64,000 nucleotides of DNA, taken from contig JACPIK010000002.1 in NCBI GenBank assembly GCA_016188115.1, positions 148,125 to 212,124 of the forward strand, read 5' to 3'. Below the pieces are notes generated by a model, which was not told where the DNA came from, made no database searches, and saw nothing but the letters and a program-made list of their open reading frames with translations. How positions within the stretch are numbered: the first letter of the stretch is position 1; each line of letters starts with the position of its first letter. Position numbers and translations under genes: made by a program. This DNA is from Candidatus Woesearchaeota archaeon. Its GTDB lineage: Archaea > Nanobdellota > Nanobdellia > Woesearchaeales > GW2011-AR9. Shown here piece by piece: positions 56,842 to 64,000 of this stretch.

Positions 56842-57231
56842 ATGATCACACCACTGCAACGTGAGAGAATGGAACTTGCACGTCTCACGACCCGAGAGAC
56901 AGAAACAAATTGCGTTGGTACCCTGCTTTATGTTTTGGGATTGGTGAACAAGGATAAGTATGTAGATGAGGATCATCTTGAATGGAAATATTTTCTAAAT
57001 CTTCTTAGAATTTCAAATCTAACACAACCAACTCCTGGTGCAATTGCGGTTATAAGCTCAGCTCCATTATCTCCAGCATACCATGTTGGTCTTGTCGCTG
57101 GAAGTAACCCTACAATAATATTTCATCGTTATGGGGTGAAAGGACCAATCTTAGAACAGGGTCCATTAGATTTTATTGAACGGTTTGGCTTAAATAGGAG
57201 TCCGTTCTATTATCTCCCTCATCTAGAATAA
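56842..57231 (+). CDS. hypothetical protein with an NlpC/P60-like Cys...His pattern
   Basis: NCVGTLLYV ... PGAIAVI ... YHVGLV ... IFHR. Weak. Confidence 0.4.
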   Translation: MITPLQRERMELARLTTRETETNCVGTLLYVLGLVNKDKYVDEDHLEWKYFLNLLRISNLTQPTPGAIAVISSAPLSPAYHVGLVAGSNPTIIFHRYGVKGPILEQGPLDFIERFGLNRSPFYYLPHLE

Positions 57232-57242
57232 AGTGATATAGG

Positions 57243-58112
57243 ATGCAATTCAAACCTCTAACCAAAAAAGTTAACATCCCTGTTCTTGGTCTTGGTACCT
57301 GGAAAATCGGCGGTGAAAGAGAAGCTGATTTCTCAAAAGACAAAGAATCGATCGACGCAATTCAACAGGCTATCAAAATGGGTTATACTCATATCGATAC
57401 GGCTGAAATTTATAGCGGGGGGCACACTGAAGAACTTGTAGGCAAGGCAATCCAACCATTTAACCGCAAAGATCTTTTCATTACAACTAAAGTCTACAAA
57501 ACCAATCTGCGTTACAAAGATCTGCTTGCCGCAGCAGAAAAGAGTTTTAAACGTCTTAACACTAAATATATTGATCTCTATCTGATTCATTCCTACAATC
57601 CCAATATCCCTTTAGAAGAAACCATGGATGCGATGGCTAGACTTGTGGATGAAAAGAAAGTGAGATTCATTGGTGTTAGTAATTTTTCTGTTGAACAACT
57701 AAAGAAAGCACGCAAATATTCTTGGCATCCTATTGTCGCAAATCAAATAGAATACAATCTTATTGCCAGAAACAACGGAACATCATCTGTAAATACTCTC
57801 AACATGGAATCAGAGATAATTCCCTATTGTCAAAAAAATGATATCACTATCATCGCGTATCGTCCATTAGCTCGCGGCGATAGCGCACTTCACCAACACC
57901 CATTAATCCTACAGCTAGCACAAAAGTACAATAAAACGCCCGCACAAATCGCACTGAATTGGTTGATTGCAAAACAAAACATTATTACGATAACAAAATC
58001 AACAAACCCTAATCATCTCAAAGAGAATTTGGGAGCAATGGGGTGGGAATTATCCTCGGAAGATTCAAAATTATTAGATGGTCTACAAAAGGGGGAGAAT
58101 GAGAATAAATGA
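57243..58112 (+). CDS. aldo/keto reductase
   Basis: LGLGTWKIGG, HIDTAEIY, YIDLYLIH, VSNF, IAYRPLARG. Confidence 0.92.
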   Translation: MQFKPLTKKVNIPVLGLGTWKIGGEREADFSKDKESIDAIQQAIKMGYTHIDTAEIYSGGHTEELVGKAIQPFNRKDLFITTKVYKTNLRYKDLLAAAEKSFKRLNTKYIDLYLIHSYNPNIPLEETMDAMARLVDEKKVRFIGVSNFSVEQLKKARKYSWHPIVANQIEYNLIARNNGTSSVNTLNMESEIIPYCQKNDITIIAYRPLARGDSALHQHPLILQLAQKYNKTPAQIALNWLIAKQNIITITKSTNPNHLKENLGAMGWELSSEDSKLLDGLQKGENENK

Positions 58113-58204
58113 TTGGATCAGTAGTTTGATAACCTCTTTAAACCATGAGCTTGAATAATCATTCTTAGAAACATTTATAAAACACCTCCTTTTCCACAAT
58201 TTAG

Positions 58205-58312
58205 ATGAAACGAAGTTCACGACGCTGGAAGAAAAAAGGGCAAATGCGCTGGAAATGGCAACGCAAAAAGCTCAAAAAAGCCAAACGTAGACGTAAGATC
58301 CAAGCTAGTTAG
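58205..58312 (+). CDS. 35-aa Arg/Lys-rich micro-ORF, possible ribosomal protein L41e-like
   Basis: MKRSSRRWKKKGQMRWKWQRKKLKKAKRRRKIQAS, compared with eukaryotic/archaeal L41e (K-W-[RK]-K-K-R-M-R-R-L-K-R-K-R-R-K). Confidence 0.35.
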   Translation: MKRSSRRWKKKGQMRWKWQRKKLKKAKRRRKIQAS

Positions 58313-58359
58313 GATTTTCTCACATTTCTACTTTCCCTTTTTCTGTTTTGTTCAATTTT

Positions 58360-59112
58360 TTATGGTTTTGCTATTCTCCACATAAATTCAAAATAAAGCT
58401 TAAATGAGTCCGCTACTTTTTGATTACGCACCCGAAATGCAATGGGGTTCTTCATCCATAGAGCAATAAAGATCGTATCCTTGTAAATATTAATAGTGGC
58501 GGGCGTTTCTTGATTCAAAAATCGATTCTCTGTGATCGATGACTTCTGTTCATATTTGAATGTATTTCGCGCGCTTTCGTTATAGATTATTTTCCACTTC
58601 ATCTTCTTCTGTTCGCATTTCATGATTACACGTTGAATAAATACATCCGTGCGCTTGCGATCTTCTCCTGCATATGCTCCTAATACATGCCAGATTTCTC
58701 CTTTGCTCATTTCTTTAATGCCCTCATTAAAAACGGTCTCCATGCCCTTCCAACCACGAAAGACTTCTGCATCTGTATCCTCAGCGCCCATTTCTTGCAG
58801 CACTTTCAACTCGGGAAGATACTTTCTCATTTCCTCTTCTTGTTTCTGGATGTTCTTTTTTTTATCATCTAAGAAATCAATCAATCGTTCTGGACTGACT
58901 GCTTTGAAATGTTTAGTATTGGCAACGATCACATGGCTTACTAATCCTTTGTCGGCTAATCTTTCTAGTCCATCATACACTTTGGATGCATGGCATTTTG
59001 TTTCTTTGAGGATTGCTCCTGTACTTGTTGATCCTAGTTTCAACAGTGCCAGGTAAATTTTGATCTCATTTTTGGTAAGTCCGATCTCTTCTAAGATGGT
59101 TTCAACAGTCAT
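58360..59112 (-). CDS. TrmB family transcriptional regulator
   Basis: LGLTKNEIKIYLALLKLGSTSTGAILKETKCHASKVYDGLERLADKGLV. Confidence 0.85.
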   Translation of the reverse strand: MTVETILEEIGLTKNEIKIYLALLKLGSTSTGAILKETKCHASKVYDGLERLADKGLVSHVIVANTKHFKAVSPERLIDFLDDKKKNIQKQEEEMRKYLPELKVLQEMGAEDTDAEVFRGWKGMETVFNEGIKEMSKGEIWHVLGAYAGEDRKRTDVFIQRVIMKCEQKKMKWKIIYNESARNTFKYEQKSSITENRFLNQETPATINIYKDTIFIALWMKNPIAFRVRNQKVADSFKLYFEFMWRIAKP

Positions 59113-59231
59113 TTTTAGATTGGGGAGTTTGTGTTTATTTAAACTTTGTTGTTATACTCCCGTTAGGGGTGAATAATATTTAACTAGTTGGCATTTACTT
59201 GATATTTCGGTTTGGTGTTTGGAGACGGAAA

Positions 59232-59510
59232 ATGACAAAAGAACAAGTAGGTATTAACGCGTTAGATGTTTTGGTCCAATTACACCAACGAGTGGAAACA
59301 GATGCACGAAAAGTTGGCATTTCTTCTTTGAATGAATGTAGGGCTGGTTCTATTACGCTTGGGCCAGAAATTTATCAAGGGATGCACGATGTGTACTATG
59401 GTGGTGTTAAACAGTTTTTACCAGAAAGATACACAGCTCTTCACGAACTCGCCACTCAATTATACAGTAACCTTGAACGAGTCGCTAAGGAAACTTATCC
59501 CTCCAAATAA
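59232..59510 (+). CDS. hypothetical protein
   Basis: The ATG at 59232 is preceded by GGAGACGG. 92 aa. Confidence 0.45.
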   Translation: MTKEQVGINALDVLVQLHQRVETDARKVGISSLNECRAGSITLGPEIYQGMHDVYYGGVKQFLPERYTALHELATQLYSNLERVAKETYPSK

Positions 59511-59910
59511 GGTTTCGTCTCTGCTCTCGGTACTCCCCGTTTCTTTTTTTCTCTACTCTTTAGCGGTTAGCATCTTTCGGCTTGTCGATGTATTTCTCGT
59601 TGCAACGACCGTTTCCCGGACGGAGCGACCCCTCGGCCTCTTGGTATTTTATCTTGCCAACCCTCACCTTTGGACGCTAACCTTGCTAAACACATTTCTC
59701 TAAATTCCTCATTTTTTAACCGCCAACTCTTCATCTGTCGTCCAAACCGAAACCTTTATTAATAACTGTCTTTCCCAAACTGCTACATATGTGCGCTCAA
59801 TTAATCTTGAGTGTGAATTGGTGATCCACGAAATTCCAAATTAAGTAATAAGCAAAGCGATCTACGACCAATAACAATGATGTTTTCTAACATCTAAGGA
59901 TATAATTCTA

Positions 59911-61379
<1,469 letters not shown>

Positions 61380-61491
61380 TTTTTTCATTTTTCGTAAAAA
61401 ATGAAACGAAACAAAAAGGAAGTTACAAAGAATGATAACTCATTTAATGTCGCTTCCTTTTTATTTTCATGTATCCTGATTGAAATATCCT

Positions 61492-61587
61492 GGGCCCGTA
61501 GCTCAGGGGTAGAGCGCCTGCCTTGCATGATGGAATATTTCTATCTCAGAAAGCAGGAGGCCTCGGGTTCAAATCCCGACGGGTCCA
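61492..61587 (+). tRNA. tRNA-Ala(UGC) in the 16S-23S spacer, with a 24-nt intron at 37/38
   Basis: GGGCCCG-TA-GCTC-AGGGGTA-GAGC-G-CCTGC-CTTGCA[61528-61551]A-GCAGG-AGGCC-TCGGG-TTCAAAT-CCCGA-CGGGTCC-A. The G3:U70 identity pair is present. Confidence 0.9.
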
Positions 61588-61779
61588 TTCACGTAAGTGA
61601 ACATGTTCCTGAACTCTATCTTTGAGGGATGGCACAAAAAAATCTTCGAGAATACTGTTCTCGGCGGTTTTGGCTGAGCATGATGGAGCGAGTATTAACT
61701 CCGCGATATCACATCATAGTAATGAGCCATATGTAAATCGACATATCTTAGGTTGCAAACCTTAAAAAAATTTAAGACC

Positions 61780-64000
61780 TAAAATTAGTTATGCTGCTAG
61801 GTGGATGACTAGGCTCGTAATGCCGAAGAAGGACGTGACAAGCTACGATATGCTCCGGCGAGCCGCAGGTAGGCTTCGAACCGGAGATTTCCGAATGAGA
61901 CTTCTCTTAATAGGCCCGTCAGGGTCGGGGAACGCAAGGAATTGAAACGTCTTAGTACTTGCAGGAAAAGAAATCAATTGAGATGCCGTTAGTAACAGCG
62001 AGCGAACGCGGTATAGTTCAAACTGAATCCGTACTGGTAACGGTATGGAGATGTGGTGTTGTGGACTTTCATCATGACCTTTTTCTTGACTCGAAGTTTG
62101 TTGGAACACAATACGTTACAGGGTGATAGTCCCGTAGAGTAAAAGTAGAAGGTAGTAGAAAGTATCCGGAGTACTGTACCTTGAAATTGGTGCAGGAATC
62201 TGGGGGGCATTAACCTCTAAAACTAAATACGTTACGAGACCGATAGCAAAAGAGTACCGTGAGGGAACGTTGAAAAGAATCCTTAATCGGGAGTTCAAAG
62301 AACCTGAAACCTAGCAGTGATGGTAAGGTAGGGCTTTTAGGAGTTCTACCGTGCGTTTCGAATAACGTGCCAGGGAGTGTACTTATGTGGCAAGGATAAC
62401 CTCAAAAAAAGGGAATCCATAGCGAAAGCAAAACCCCGCAGGTAACGAGGGGGGCGGTATGAAAGTGCCGCAAGTCACATGGGTACGACCTGAAACCGGG
62501 CGATCTAACCCTGGGTAAGGTGAAGCGAGGGTAACACCTCGTGGAGGCCTGAAGAGGTGCTACGTGCAAGTGTTCTTCTAACCTGGGGCTAGGGGTGAAA
62601 AGCCAATCGAGCCCGGCCATAGCGGGTTCCCACCGAAATTGACCTTAGTCAAGTCTCAACCGAGATTGTCATGGCTGTAGAGCGACGGATAAGAAGCTTA
62701 GGCGGGGAAACCTGTCGGTTTCCTGTCCAACTCCAAATGCTGTGACATCGTAGACGTTGGGAAACAGGGAGTCTTGGGGTAAACTTGGCTTCCGAGAGGG
62801 GAACAACCCAAACTACAGTTAAGGCCCCAAAATGTCAGCTAAGTGATAAAGGGTAAAGGGCGTTCGTGATCTTAGACAGCGAGGAGGTTGGCTTAGAAGC
62901 AGCCATCCTTTAAAAAGTGCGTAACAGCTTACTCGTTGAGATCGTGAGCCCCGAAGATTGACGGGTCTAAGCTGATTGCCGATACTGTAGACCACGATAA
63001 GTGGGTGTAGGTGGGCGTCTGTATAGGGTAGAAGCGTTTTCGTAAGAAGATGTGGACCTTTATGGAATGAATATCCTGGTGGTAGTAGGATCTTAGCAGA
63101 GTGTGAATCTCTGCCATCGTAAGGGCAAGGGTTCCTTGGCAATGCAAATCAGCCAAGGGTTAGTCGGTCCTAACCTAACTCCTCACGGAGTAGAGGGAAA
63201 GGGAAAGCTGTTAATATTCAGCTACTATGCCAATATACGCGGTGACGCAAGCTTTATATCCGACGTTTCGGAATAGACTGACACATCGCGTCAGGTGTGT
63301 TAATAAGAATAAGTCTGGGGAGTATCATAATGATGAGAACCAGAGTAAATCTTAGAATAGCGGGCCTATGGTTCGTTCAGTTGATATCTGGAATCCCTGA
63401 AAAGGAAATAAAGATAGATTTGGTATAACCGTACCCAGAACCGACACAGGTGCCCCTAGGTGAGAAGCCTAAGATGTGTGAGAATAAACTAGCTTAGGGA
63501 ATTCGGCAAATTAGTCCCGTACCTTCGGTATAAGGGATCCCTGGATTCGTATCCGCATGGGTGCGATTTCAGGGCTCAGTGACAAAGATGGTCCGACTGT
63601 TTAACAAAAACTTAACCTTCTGCTACGTGGAAACGCTGTGTATAGAAGGTGACATCTGCCCAGTGCCAGTACTTTAAGCCTCGTTCCAACGGGGTGAAGA
63701 GCTGGTAAACGGCGGGAGTAACTATAACTCTCTTAAGGTAGCGAAATGCCTTGCCGTTTGAATGACGGCCTGCATGAATGGTGTAACGAGATCGTCACTG
63801 TCCCAAGCTAGAGTCTCCTGAACACTCTTTCCTGGTGCAAAGGCCAGGGATTTCCAGTGGGAAGCGAAGACCCCGTGAAACTTTACTGTAGCCTGTCGCT
63901 GTGATGCGGTTTGTATTGTATAGTGTAAGTGGGAGCTGTTTGATGCTACGGACGTCAGTTGGTAGCGTAGGCAATAATGTAACACCACTCTCTATGGACT
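61780..64000 (+). rRNA. rrl: 23S rRNA, 5' ~2.2 kb (truncated by the window end; 5' end approximate)
   Basis: GGTGGATGACTAGGCTCG...GAAGGACGTGACAAGCTACGATA, CCGATAGCAAAAGAGTACCGTGAGGGAA and CTCTTAAGGTAGCGAAATGCCTTGCCG, at the expected spacing. Confidence 0.9.

Noticed and set aside
59523-59531. The 9-mer GCTCTCGGT, shared between the rRNA leader region and 12746-12754.
   Set aside because: A single 9-mer match on either strand of 64 kb is within chance expectation.
61528-61551. A C/D-box sRNA inside the tRNA-Ala intron (TGATGG ... CTCAGA).
   Set aside because: The intron is only 24 nt, the D box CUGA is not present, and there is no room for guide segments.

Overview
The window is gene-dense, AT-rich and archaeal. 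Markers are GatE, Kae1, TFS, archease, an archaeal-type 16S 5' end (ATTCCCGTTGATCCTGCGGG) and an initiator tRNA with an A1:U72 pair. The many orphan genes, large glycosylation-sequon-rich surface proteases and divergent rRNA suggest a small-genome DPANN-like lineage, but that is inference only. Firm content: kae1, gyrB, smc, gatE, an ATP-dependent DNA ligase, a DEAD-box helicase, tfs, tmk, sppA, two signal peptidases, MutY, a family-4 UDG, an ABC-2 exporter pair, a phhA-phhB pair, Lrp/TrmB regulators, SDR/AKR enzymes, and a 16S-tRNAAla-23S operon that runs off the 3' end. Many starts are preceded by GGAGG/GGTGAT, which is complementary to the 16S 3' end GGATCACCTCCT, and I used this to trim several ORF-track starts. 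Things worth a second look: (1) all four tRNA genes are interrupted, and tRNA-Gly(UCC) has two introns, one in the T-loop; (2) a second, highly divergent ATP-dependent ligase-like gene heads a co-directional string with MutY, archease and UDG; (3) an 18-bp perfect direct repeat, one copy inside a tRNA, brackets a single RHH-domain ORF; (4) two ~165-nt rod-like structured elements lie in ORF-free DNA and may be related; (5) there is an ArmA/Rmt-type 16S m7G1405 methyltransferase homologue, a split OGFOD1/Tpa1-type 2OG oxygenase and a pterin-dependent aromatic amino-acid hydroxylase pair; (6) two paralogous giant S8 surface proteases sit in tandem; (7) several translationally coupled orphan genes have no recognisable family. 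I found no CRISPR array, transposase or integrase. No SRP RNA, RNase P RNA or 5S rRNA could be assigned with confidence. All homology statements come from motif recognition by eye, not from database searches.
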